Origin: an uncultured Muribaculaceae bacterium
GTDB lineage: Bacteria; Bacillota_I; Bacilli_A; RF39; UBA660
DNA length: 64,000 bases
Assembly (NCBI GenBank): GCA_964493665.1
Contig: CAZBOZ010000002.1
Location: 1,207-65,206, forward strand
Direction: 5' to 3'
The first letter of the stretch is position 1. Every line of letters starts with the position of its first letter. Below, piece after piece: positions 1 to 7,227 of the stretch. The notes beneath the pieces are model-generated. The model saw nothing but the letters and a program-made list of their open reading frames with translations, did no database searches and had not been told where the DNA came from. The position numbers were made by a program, and so were the translations under genes.

Positions 1-1
1 A

Positions 2-322
2 GCCAAAAAAGGGAGTAGAATATTAAAAAGGATTAAAACAGTTTCTTATCAAGTTTTAAAGTGTTTGCCAAGTAATAGTAAAGATGTTTTTGGTATAAAA
101 ACTGATAATGGGATATCAGAAATAAAAAATAGCGAAATACCAATAATGGATTTATTAAGTAATGGTAGCGCTATTTCGAAAGAAAATATTATTGATGCTT
201 TTAAATATCCAGAGCTATTAAAATCAAAAGATAATAAAACTGAGGTATCTATTAACAAAGATGAACCTAAACAAGCCCAAGAAATGACTATAAATGATTT
301 TTTAGAAGATTTTAAATTATAA
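2..322 (+). CDS. 3' end of a gene that continues upstream of the window (K/D/E/N-rich hypothetical protein)
   Basis: The track ORF 65..322 (TTG start) stays stop-free in the same frame back to position 2. No recognisable motif. Confidence 0.3.
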   Translation, partial: AKKGSRILKRIKTVSYQVLKCLPSNSKDVFGIKTDNGISEIKNSEIPIMDLLSNGSAISKENIIDAFKYPELLKSKDNKTEVSINKDEPKQAQEMTINDFLEDFKL

Positions 323-421
323 TTTTCGTAATAAAAAATAAGCAACAAATAATGAAAATACTTGCAATATCTAAATTTAATATATATAATAAACTTATAA
401 GATATAGGAGGATAACTTAGT

Positions 422-856
422 ATGAAAAAGAAAAAAGGTTTTACATTAGTTGAATTATTGGCAGTAATAGTAATATTAGCAGTCTTAGTTTTATTAGCAG
501 TACCAAGTGTATTAAAAATGATGGACGGAGCTAAAGAAAATGCTTTTAAAATAGAGGGTGAAAACATTGCAAAAGCTGCAAAAGCTGCTTATGCTGACGA
601 TTTATTAAATAGTGATACAACTCGTTCAGTAGCTGGTGGTTATTGCTATAGTATTTCATATTTACAAACCAATGGCTATGTCGATAAAACTTTTACTGCT
701 AGCCATACTGGTTCAGTTTTAGTTGGTAGCTCAAGTTCTACTGTATGGTATACTGATGGAACTCGTTCAATAACAGCTGATACAGCTGGAGCTTTGGCAG
801 TAGATGGAACACTAGCATCAGATGTTACGTTATTTGATACTTGCGGCTTATCATAA
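422..856 (+). CDS. Type IV pilin / ComGC-like major pseudopilin (prepilin with class III signal peptide)
   Basis: N-terminus KKGFTLVELLAVIVILAVL fits the prepilin peptidase site G^FTLxE with Glu at +5. Two Cys (CYSISY ... DTCGLS) fit a C-terminal disulfide D-region. RBS aggagg lies upstream. Confidence 0.8.
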   Translation: MKKKKGFTLVELLAVIVILAVLVLLAVPSVLKMMDGAKENAFKIEGENIAKAAKAAYADDLLNSDTTRSVAGGYCYSISYLQTNGYVDKTFTASHTGSVLVGSSSSTVWYTDGTRSITADTAGALAVDGTLASDVTLFDTCGLS

Positions 857-878
857 TAATAAAAGAGAGGATTAACAA

Positions 879-1352
879 ATGAAAAAGAAAAATGGGTTTA
901 CGCTAGTTGAATTATTAGCAGTAATAGTAATATTAGCAGTCTTAGTTTTATTAGCAGTACCAAGTGTTTTAAAAATGATGGATGGTGCTAAGGAAAACGC
1001 TTTTAATATAGAGGCAGAAAATATTATAGATGGAGCAAAGCTGAAATATTCTGATGATTTGTTAGAAGGTACACTTCCTTCTTCAACAACTACAACAATT
1101 AGTAGTGTTTCGGTGACTGGCTATTGTTATGATATTACTGGCTTAACAGAATATATTGATAAGAGCTTTACTGGTAAAATTGGATCAGTTCTAATTGATG
1201 CAACAAATAATAATTATTATATTTGGTATGCAGATGGTTCTCATTCAGTAACAGCTAGTTCTACTATAAAAGGTGGAAGCATTGATGCAGATGCAACAAC
1301 CATTACTGTAGAAGCAGCAACAACTGCAAATTGGGATGGCTGTTTACATTAA
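879..1352 (+). CDS. Type IV pilin / ComGC-like pseudopilin, tandem paralogue
   Basis: First ~40 aa are nearly identical to the upstream pilin, then the C-terminus diverges. Cys pair present (GYCYD ... WDGCLH). RBS gagagg. Confidence 0.8.
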   Translation: MKKKNGFTLVELLAVIVILAVLVLLAVPSVLKMMDGAKENAFNIEAENIIDGAKLKYSDDLLEGTLPSSTTTTISSVSVTGYCYDITGLTEYIDKSFTGKIGSVLIDATNNNYYIWYADGSHSVTASSTIKGGSIDADATTITVEAATTANWDGCLH

Positions 1353-1417
1353 CAGTAATAAATTAAATCAAGTTTACACTTGATTTTTTTTATGAGATAA
1401 TTTTAATGGTGATAATA

Positions 1418-2311
1418 ATGTTATTAATTGGTAGTCATGTTTCGTTTTCTGGAGGGATATTTTCTTGTGCAAAGGAAGCTATTAGTTATAAAGCTAATAC
1501 ATTTATGTTTTATTCTGGAGCTCCAACTAATACCATAAGGAGCAAAATAAGCGACGACAATACTAAAGAAGCTTTAGCATTGATGAAACAAAATGATATA
1601 GATATCAAAAATATCATTTGTCATGCTCCATATATAATTAATTTAGCTAATAAAAGTGTCATGGAGAAATACAACTTTAGTATTAACTTTTTAAAAGACG
1701 AAATTGCTAGGTGTGAATTGCTTGGAGTTAATAAGATAGTCTTACATCCTGGTAGTGCAGTAGGGATAACTAAAGAAGAGGGAATTAAAAATATTGTTGA
1801 AGCTTTAAATAAGATATTAGCTTCTGATACTAAAGTTATGATTCTTTTAGAAAGTATGGCTGGTAAAGGCAGTGAATGTGGAAATACTACTGCTGAATTA
1901 AAAATGATTATTGATGGCATAGTTTTAAAAGATAAAGTAGGAGTTTGTATTGATACTTGCCATTTAAATGATGCTGGATATAATTTAAATAAATTTGATG
2001 ATTATTTAAATGAGTTTGATAAGATGGTTGGTATTGAAAAAATAAAATGTGTTCATGTTAATGATAGCAAAAATACTTTAGGAGCTCATAAAGATCGTCA
2101 TGAAAATATTGGCTATGGCAGTATTGGCTTTAATACTTTAATAAATGTTATATATAATAAAAGATTAGAAAAAGTTCCTAAAATTTTAGAAACCCCATAT
2201 ATTGAAAAAGCTTATCCACCTTATAAATTTGAGATTGAAATGATAAAAAACAAGCAATTTAATTTAAATTTAATAGAAGATATCAAAAAATATTATAAAA
2301 ATGATAATTAA
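1418..2311 (+). CDS. nfo: Endonuclease IV (AP endonuclease, Nfo family)
   Basis: Motifs HAPYIINLA, LHPGS and CIDTCHL/HVNDSK are typical of Endo IV TIM-barrel zinc sites. The track ORF starts at 1406; the in-frame ATG at 1418 (MLLIGSHVSFSGG) matches the usual Nfo N-terminus. Confidence 0.85.
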   Translation: MLLIGSHVSFSGGIFSCAKEAISYKANTFMFYSGAPTNTIRSKISDDNTKEALALMKQNDIDIKNIICHAPYIINLANKSVMEKYNFSINFLKDEIARCELLGVNKIVLHPGSAVGITKEEGIKNIVEALNKILASDTKVMILLESMAGKGSECGNTTAELKMIIDGIVLKDKVGVCIDTCHLNDAGYNLNKFDDYLNEFDKMVGIEKIKCVHVNDSKNTLGAHKDRHENIGYGSIGFNTLINVIYNKRLEKVPKILETPYIEKAYPPYKFEIEMIKNKQFNLNLIEDIKKYYKNDN

Positions 2312-2324
2312 TTATCATTTTTAT

Positions 2325-2352
2325 TTGAAAAATAGCAATAATTTGGTATAAT
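2325..2352 (+). promoter_or_regulatory. Sigma-A type promoter for rpmG-efp (TTGAAA-N16-TGgTATAAT, extended -10)
   Basis: ttgaaa at 2325-2330 and tataat at 2347-2352 with an upstream TGG, about 30 nt before the rpmG RBS. Confidence 0.5.
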
Positions 2353-2381
2353 TACATAGCGAAGTCAAAGGAGGAATTACA

Positions 2382-2546
2382 ATGGCTAAAAGTGAAAATA
2401 GAATGTTTGTAACAATGGTATGCCAAGAATGTAAAAACGAAAGTCGAGTAACAAGCAAAAACAAAAAAAATACTCCAGATAGAATGGAATTAACTCGTTT
2501 TTGTAAAAAATGTCGTAAGCATACAAATCACAAGGAAAAGAAGTAA
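2382..2546 (+). CDS. rpmG: 50S ribosomal protein L33
   Basis: Hand translation gives MAKSENRMFVTMVCQECKNESRVTSKNKKNTPDRMELTRFCKKCRKHTNHKEKK, with the CxxC...CxxC zinc ribbon of L33. RBS aaaggagg at 2367-2374. Not in the ORF track because it is short. Confidence 0.85.
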   Translation: MAKSENRMFVTMVCQECKNESRVTSKNKKNTPDRMELTRFCKKCRKHTNHKEKK

Positions 2547-2550
2547 TATT

Positions 2551-3111
2551 ATGAATATTAACATAAATGACATTAAAAATGGCATGACGATTATTATGGA
2601 TGGGAACCTTTCTTTAATTCTTGATTTTCAACATGTAAAGCCTGGTAAGGGTCCAGCTTTTGTAAGAATTAAATTAAAAAACTTAAAAACTGGTTCAATT
2701 ACGGAAGATACATATAATACTAATATAAAAATTGAGAAAGCTCATATTGATAAGAAAAAGATGCAATATTTATATAATTCTGGTAAAGATTACATATTTA
2801 TGGATAATAATACTTATGACCAAATATCAATTCCAGAAAGCAAATTAACAGAAGAAGTAAAATATTTAAAAGAGAATTTGGAAATTGGTATATCATATTT
2901 TAATGGTGAAATAATTGGTATTGAATTGCCAGAGAAAGCAGAATATTTAATTACTGAAACAGCTACAGCTGTAAAAGGGAATACTACCAGTAATGCGATG
3001 AAAGATGCTACTATTGAAACGGGATACGTTGTAAAAGTCCCTTTATTTGTTAATGAGGGAGACACTATAATAGTTTCTACTAAAGATGGTAAGTATAATG
3101 GAAGAGCTTAA
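2551..3111 (+). CDS. efp: Elongation factor P
   Basis: KPGKGPAFVRIKLKNLKTG loop (the modified Lys motif). 186 aa, typical EF-P length. Confidence 0.9.
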   Translation: MNININDIKNGMTIIMDGNLSLILDFQHVKPGKGPAFVRIKLKNLKTGSITEDTYNTNIKIEKAHIDKKKMQYLYNSGKDYIFMDNNTYDQISIPESKLTEEVKYLKENLEIGISYFNGEIIGIELPEKAEYLITETATAVKGNTTSNAMKDATIETGYVVKVPLFVNEGDTIIVSTKDGKYNGRA

Positions 3112-3122
3112 GGCTCTTTTTT
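3103..3122 (+). terminator. Rho-independent terminator after efp
   Basis: agagc-ttaag-gctct hairpin followed by a T-run. Confidence 0.5.
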
Positions 3123-3136
3123 ATTTAAATAAAAAA

Positions 3137-3160
3137 CTTAGACAGCATCTAAGTTATTTT
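3137..3160 (-). terminator. Rho-independent terminator for the minus-strand tRNA-Arg
   Basis: On the minus strand this reads cttag-atgctgt-ctaag followed by TTTTTT, immediately 3' of the tRNA. Confidence 0.5.
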
Positions 3161-3166
3161 TTATAA

Positions 3167-3243
3167 TGGCGTCCTGGGAGGGAGTCGAACCCCCGACCGT
3201 ATGCTTAGAAGGCATATGCTCTATCCTACTGAGCTACCAGGAC
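3167..3243 (-). tRNA. tRNA-Arg (anticodon TCT), CCA encoded
   Basis: The reverse complement folds as a cloverleaf: acceptor gtcctgg/ccaggac, anticodon stem tatgc/gcata with loop cttctaa (UCU), T-loop ggttcgact, and 3' gcca. Confidence 0.85.
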
Positions 3244-3310
3244 ATACACAAGTAAAATTATATACTATTATCCTTTTTTATTCAAGGATTTTATATTATT
3301 TTTAGAGTTA

Positions 3311-3339
3311 TTGACTAAGAAAAAATAAAAAGATATAAT
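3311..3339 (+). promoter_or_regulatory. Consensus sigma-A promoter (TTGACT-N17-TATAAT) driving the pilin-like adhesin / ABC operon
   Basis: ttgact at 3311-3316, tataat at 3334-3339 with a 17-nt spacer. RBS agaggat at 3350-3356 before the ATG at 3361. Confidence 0.6.
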
Positions 3340-3360
3340 AATATAAGAATAGAGGATCTA

Positions 3361-4965
3361 ATGAAGAATAAAAAAGGTATGACTTTGATAGAACTTATTG
3401 TTTCCATAACTTTAATATCAATAGTTATAGTTTTTTTATTTCAACTATTGGTAGAAATAAAATATCAAAATTTATATGACACTACTAAAATAGAGTATAA
3501 GGTAGCATCATCTATTGTAACTAGAAAAATTCAAAATTCTTTAATGGAAGAAAAAGTAGGATCTATAGAATCTTGTGATGCTACTGATACATGTTTACAA
3601 ATAAATTTTGTAAGTACAAATTATTTAGAAATTAAAATAACCAACAATAACCAAGTTTTAAGCATTATTAAAAGGAATTCTAGTGATGAAATAATATTCG
3701 AGGATATAAGACAGATACCTGAAAAAGATGAAACAGGATATTTGGGAGAATATACTGATCTTGCTTATGAAACAACCTATTTTACACCAGTAAATTCTTC
3801 TTATGATTATGAATATGATAGTTTATTAAAAGTAACTGTAAATATGTATGATAGTTTAAATAATATATATCCTATAACTGTTTATGCTCCTTATAGTGGT
3901 GGCACTGAATTTTCTTCTTATTCTTTAATAGTATTAGCCAATGGCGGCACTTGGAGTGGAACAACTCCACAAAATTTAGCTACTGGAGAAACAACTACAA
4001 TTTCTAATCCGACTAAAAGCGGCTTTGCTTTTAATGGTTGGGAAGTAAATGGGGAAGGCAGTTCAATTGTCGGGACAACGTTTACGATGGGGGTAGAGGA
4101 CACAGTATTAACGGCTAATTGGATACCAACAACAATAGTAGAATTTGCTTATACTGGTGCAATTCAAACTTTTACTGCTAACTATACTGGATACTATCAG
4201 TTGGAGGTTTGGGGAGCTAGTGGGGGAATAAAAGTTTATGCTGGAACTATATATGATGGATATGGTGGGTATTCAACTGGATCAGTTTATTTAACAGCAA
4301 ATCAAACAATATATATAACAATTGGCGGACAAGGCAACACCACTACTTCTCCTGGTACAATTGTTGCTGGAGGATACAATGGTGGCGGACAAGGTTATTC
4401 TTACACTGATTCTCGAGGCGGAGCTTCAGGTGGAGGCGCAACTCATATAGCAACAACTACTGGTCTTTTATCATCATTGTCTTCAAATCAATCAAATATA
4501 TTAATAGTTGCTGGCGGTGGTGGCGGAGCTGATCAATGTTGTGCAGGTTATACAAAATATGCTGGTAATGGTGGCGGATATTTAGGAACCAATGGCGTAT
4601 ATGTTTCTACTTATGCATATGGTGGTACTCAAAGTGCTGGAGGAACTGGATCTTTTTCCGGATCATTTGGCCAAGGAGCAAATTGTACATCTAATGACTG
4701 TGCTGGTGGTGGTGGTGGCTTTTATGGTGGAGCGGCGAATATTGGTGGTGGTGGCTACGGCGGTGGTGGATCTAGTTATATTGCTAACTCTTTATTGCTA
4801 AGTCACGATGCAGTAACAAAACTAACATATTGTTATAATTGCACTACTTCTTCTAATCCTTCTACTTTAACTTATTCCACAACTAACCATTCAAGCGTAG
4901 CTGTAACAAATTATGCTAAATCTGGAAATGGTTATGCTAAAATTATATATTTGGGAAGCGGTTAA
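3361..4965 (+). CDS. Large pilin-like surface protein: type IV pilin N-terminal methylation domain, then a Listeria-Bacteroides (Flg_new) repeat, then a glycine-rich C-terminal domain
   Basis: N-terminus KKGMTLIELIVSITLISIV (G^MTLIE, Glu+5). ANGGTWSG...GFAFNGWEV...TVLTANW matches the Flg_new/List_Bact repeat pattern. YQLEVWGASGG followed by a long GGxG/GYxGG tract with 8 Cys resembles Gly_rich-domain proteins. Confidence 0.7.
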   Translation: MKNKKGMTLIELIVSITLISIVIVFLFQLLVEIKYQNLYDTTKIEYKVASSIVTRKIQNSLMEEKVGSIESCDATDTCLQINFVSTNYLEIKITNNNQVLSIIKRNSSDEIIFEDIRQIPEKDETGYLGEYTDLAYETTYFTPVNSSYDYEYDSLLKVTVNMYDSLNNIYPITVYAPYSGGTEFSSYSLIVLANGGTWSGTTPQNLATGETTTISNPTKSGFAFNGWEVNGEGSSIVGTTFTMGVEDTVLTANWIPTTIVEFAYTGAIQTFTANYTGYYQLEVWGASGGIKVYAGTIYDGYGGYSTGSVYLTANQTIYITIGGQGNTTTSPGTIVAGGYNGGGQGYSYTDSRGGASGGGATHIATTTGLLSSLSSNQSNILIVAGGGGGADQCCAGYTKYAGNGGGYLGTNGVYVSTYAYGGTQSAGGTGSFSGSFGQGANCTSNDCAGGGGGFYGGAANIGGGGYGGGGSSYIANSLLLSHDAVTKLTYCYNCTTSSNPSTLTYSTTNHSSVAVTNYAKSGNGYAKIIYLGSG

Positions 4966-5022
4966 TTCATTAAATTAGTGATTTTTCTTCACTTTTAGTT
5001 TATAATAAATATTGGTGATAAT

Positions 5023-5922
5023 ATGTTAAAAGTAAATCATATAACTAAATGTTATGGCGATTTTCTTGCTGTAGATGATCTTTCCTTTGAAATTAAAGAA
5101 GGAGAAATATTTGGCCTTCTAGGGGTTAATGGTGCTGGTAAAACAACGACATTTAGAATTATTCTTGGTCTTTTAGATAAAAATGCTGGTGAAGTTTTAT
5201 TAAATAGTAAACCAATAGACTATGGTGTTACTGATAAAATAGGTTTTGTTACTGAAGACAGAAGCCTTCTTTTGAAATTAACTGTTAAAGAGCAAGCTTC
5301 GTTTTATGGTGCTTTAAAAGGAATGGATAAAGAAGAAATATTAGTTCGTCTTGAAAAACTATTAAAAAGATTTAATATAAGTGAATATTTAAATCGTAAA
5401 ATAAAAGAATTAAGTAAAGGCAATCAACAAAAAATCCAGTTTATTATGGCAATTTTAAATAATCCAAAATTATTAATATTAGATGAGCCTTTTAGTGGTT
5501 TAGATCCCATAAATACCGAGCTTTTTAAAGAAGTTATTAGAGAATACAAAAAAGCTGGCTGTATTATTATTTTTTCATCTCATCAATTAGAAAATGTTGA
5601 ACAGTTTTGTGAAAAATTAGTTATTTTAGTTAATGGTAAAAGTGTATTATCTGGAGAACTTAAAAAAATAAAAACTGATTATCGAAGAAAAAATATTCGT
5701 ATAATAGGTGATATAGAAAAAGAAGAGTTGAAAAATATCTCTGGAGTATTAAATGTATCTAAAGACAATTTAGAATATTTAGTCAGTATTGAAAATATAG
5801 ACATTGTTCCTAAAGTATTTAAATATATAACTAAATGTAAAAATATTTCTAAGTTTGAGGTTGAAGAACCTTCTTTAAATGAAATATTTATAAATGTAGT
5901 AGGTGAGAGCTATGAAAAATAA
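5023..5922 (+). CDS. ABC transporter ATP-binding protein (ABC-2 / NatA-like exporter family)
   Basis: Walker A GVNGAGKTT, signature LSKGNQQK, Walker B LLILDEP and H-loop are all present. Confidence 0.9.
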   Translation: MLKVNHITKCYGDFLAVDDLSFEIKEGEIFGLLGVNGAGKTTTFRIILGLLDKNAGEVLLNSKPIDYGVTDKIGFVTEDRSLLLKLTVKEQASFYGALKGMDKEEILVRLEKLLKRFNISEYLNRKIKELSKGNQQKIQFIMAILNNPKLLILDEPFSGLDPINTELFKEVIREYKKAGCIIIFSSHQLENVEQFCEKLVILVNGKSVLSGELKKIKTDYRRKNIRIIGDIEKEELKNISGVLNVSKDNLEYLVSIENIDIVPKVFKYITKCKNISKFEVEEPSLNEIFINVVGESYEK

Positions 5923-7213
5923 AATAAAATTTTTAATAAAATCTTGTTTAGATAAAAAGATTAAAACTAAATGGTTTAAGATAACGAATGTTATTTTAGT
6001 TATTTTAATAGTTGGGATTATTAATTTAAATACTATTGTTAAGTCTTTTGGTGGTGATTTTGATAAAAGAAATATAATATATATAGCTAGTGATGAAGTT
6101 GGCTATAATATTGTTAAAAATTATTTAGAAGTATATTTAGGTAGTGCTGACTTAAATAATTATGTGGTAGAATTAACAACAAATATTGATGATACTAAGG
6201 AAACTTTAAAAGATAATCCTAATGATGTTTTAATAGTATTAGAAAATAGCGGTGAAGAAATAACTAGTGAGATAATTAGTTATAAAAATATTGATGCTTT
6301 ACCATATCAAATAATAGAAGCTTCATTAAATAGTTCTAAAAATGTAATATATTTAAACAATGGTAATTTTACTGAAGCTGAAAAGACTTCTTTATTATCG
6401 CCAATGAGTATAGATAGGATATATTTAAGTGATGAAATAGATCAATATAGTTCGGCTAGGGAAACTTTAGGAGCCATTATTGTGCCAGTATTTATTATTC
6501 CTTTCTTTATGTTAATAATCATGCTAGTTCAGTTTATTGGAGCCGATATTAATGAAGAAAAAACCACTAGAGGAATGGAAATAATTATTTCTAGTGTGCC
6601 TCCCAAAGTCCATTTCTTTAGTAAAATAATTGGATCTACATTATTTGTTTTATTACAAGGATGTTTGTTTATTGCTTACTTTGGTATTGGATTATTAATT
6701 AAAAGATTATCTGGTGGAATTTATCCAGCTAGTGTTTCAGACACAATTAGTAATATTTTTGAAGTAATAAAAAGTTATGGGGTATTAGATAATATAATAC
6801 CAGCAATTTTAATAATTATTTTTTTATTTTTAACATCATTTATTGCTTATTCACTTTTAGCTGGTATTTTAGCCTCAATGACAACGAGTATTGAAGATTA
6901 TCAACAACTACAAGGCCCAGTTATGATCGTTTGTGTAGCTGGCTATTATTTAGCTATTATGGCTAGTGTTTTTGAAGGTAGTATATTTATTAAAATAGCA
7001 TCATATGTGCCTTTTATTTCTTCTATGTTATCACCAATTTTATTCTTTTTAGGTCAAGTATCTATCTATGATATGTTAATATCTTTAGGGATATTATTGT
7101 TTGTAGTATATTTATTGTTTGAATATGGTCTTAGAGTATATAAAATTGGGATATTAAATTATTCCTCTAAAGATTTATGGAAGAAAGTGTTTAAAAGTAT
7201 AAAAGAAAAATAA
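5903..7213 (+). CDS. ABC-2 family transporter permease (one N-terminal TM, a large extracytoplasmic loop, then a C-terminal 5-TM bundle)
   Basis: Overlaps the ATPase gene by 20 nt (translational coupling). Hydrophobicity pattern is typical of ABC-2 permeases. Confidence 0.7.
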   Translation: MRAMKNKIKFLIKSCLDKKIKTKWFKITNVILVILIVGIINLNTIVKSFGGDFDKRNIIYIASDEVGYNIVKNYLEVYLGSADLNNYVVELTTNIDDTKETLKDNPNDVLIVLENSGEEITSEIISYKNIDALPYQIIEASLNSSKNVIYLNNGNFTEAEKTSLLSPMSIDRIYLSDEIDQYSSARETLGAIIVPVFIIPFFMLIIMLVQFIGADINEEKTTRGMEIIISSVPPKVHFFSKIIGSTLFVLLQGCLFIAYFGIGLLIKRLSGGIYPASVSDTISNIFEVIKSYGVLDNIIPAILIIIFLFLTSFIAYSLLAGILASMTTSIEDYQQLQGPVMIVCVAGYYLAIMASVFEGSIFIKIASYVPFISSMLSPILFFLGQVSIYDMLISLGILLFVVYLLFEYGLRVYKIGILNYSSKDLWKKVFKSIKEK

Positions 7214-7227
7214 AAAGGGAGAAAATT

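Noticed and set aside
49-567. 172-aa minus-strand ORF spanning the first pilin gene start and upstream region
   Set aside because: Low-complexity hydrophobic translation typical of the antisense strand of an AT-rich sequence. It overlaps a well-supported + strand pilin gene and its RBS, with no RBS of its own.
1406-1417. Longer nfo start (MVIIMLLIG...) given in the ORF track
   Set aside because: The Endo IV family N-terminus aligns with the second ATG (MLLIGSHV...). The extra four codons lack an SD. I kept it as an alternative only.
1621-1920. Antisense ORFs inside nfo (1621..1920), efp (2814..3065), the pilin-like gene (3918..4103 and 4592..4801 alternate frame), the DUF2207 gene (13265..13477), trmH-family (15275..15520), rplS (17308..17547), rbgA (19652..19843), rnhB (20472..20708), ltaS (21876..22082), MBL (25569..25763), dnaG (36178..36600), rsmH (42585..42815), 53497..53745, 54448..54669, pyrG (58323..58535), tagA (59255..59458 and 59361..59564), flippase (60720..61043) and wzy (62048..62278)
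   Set aside because: All are embedded in or opposite strongly supported genes. They have I/L/F/K-rich low-complexity translations expected by chance in about 27% GC DNA, and none has SD or promoter support.
4380-4790. GGT/GGC-rich stretch that looks like a DNA-level tandem repeat or possible CRISPR-like periodicity
   Set aside because: The periodicity is just glycine codons within the Gly-rich domain of the pilin-like protein. There are no regularly spaced identical repeats with unique spacers, so this is not a CRISPR array or VNTR.
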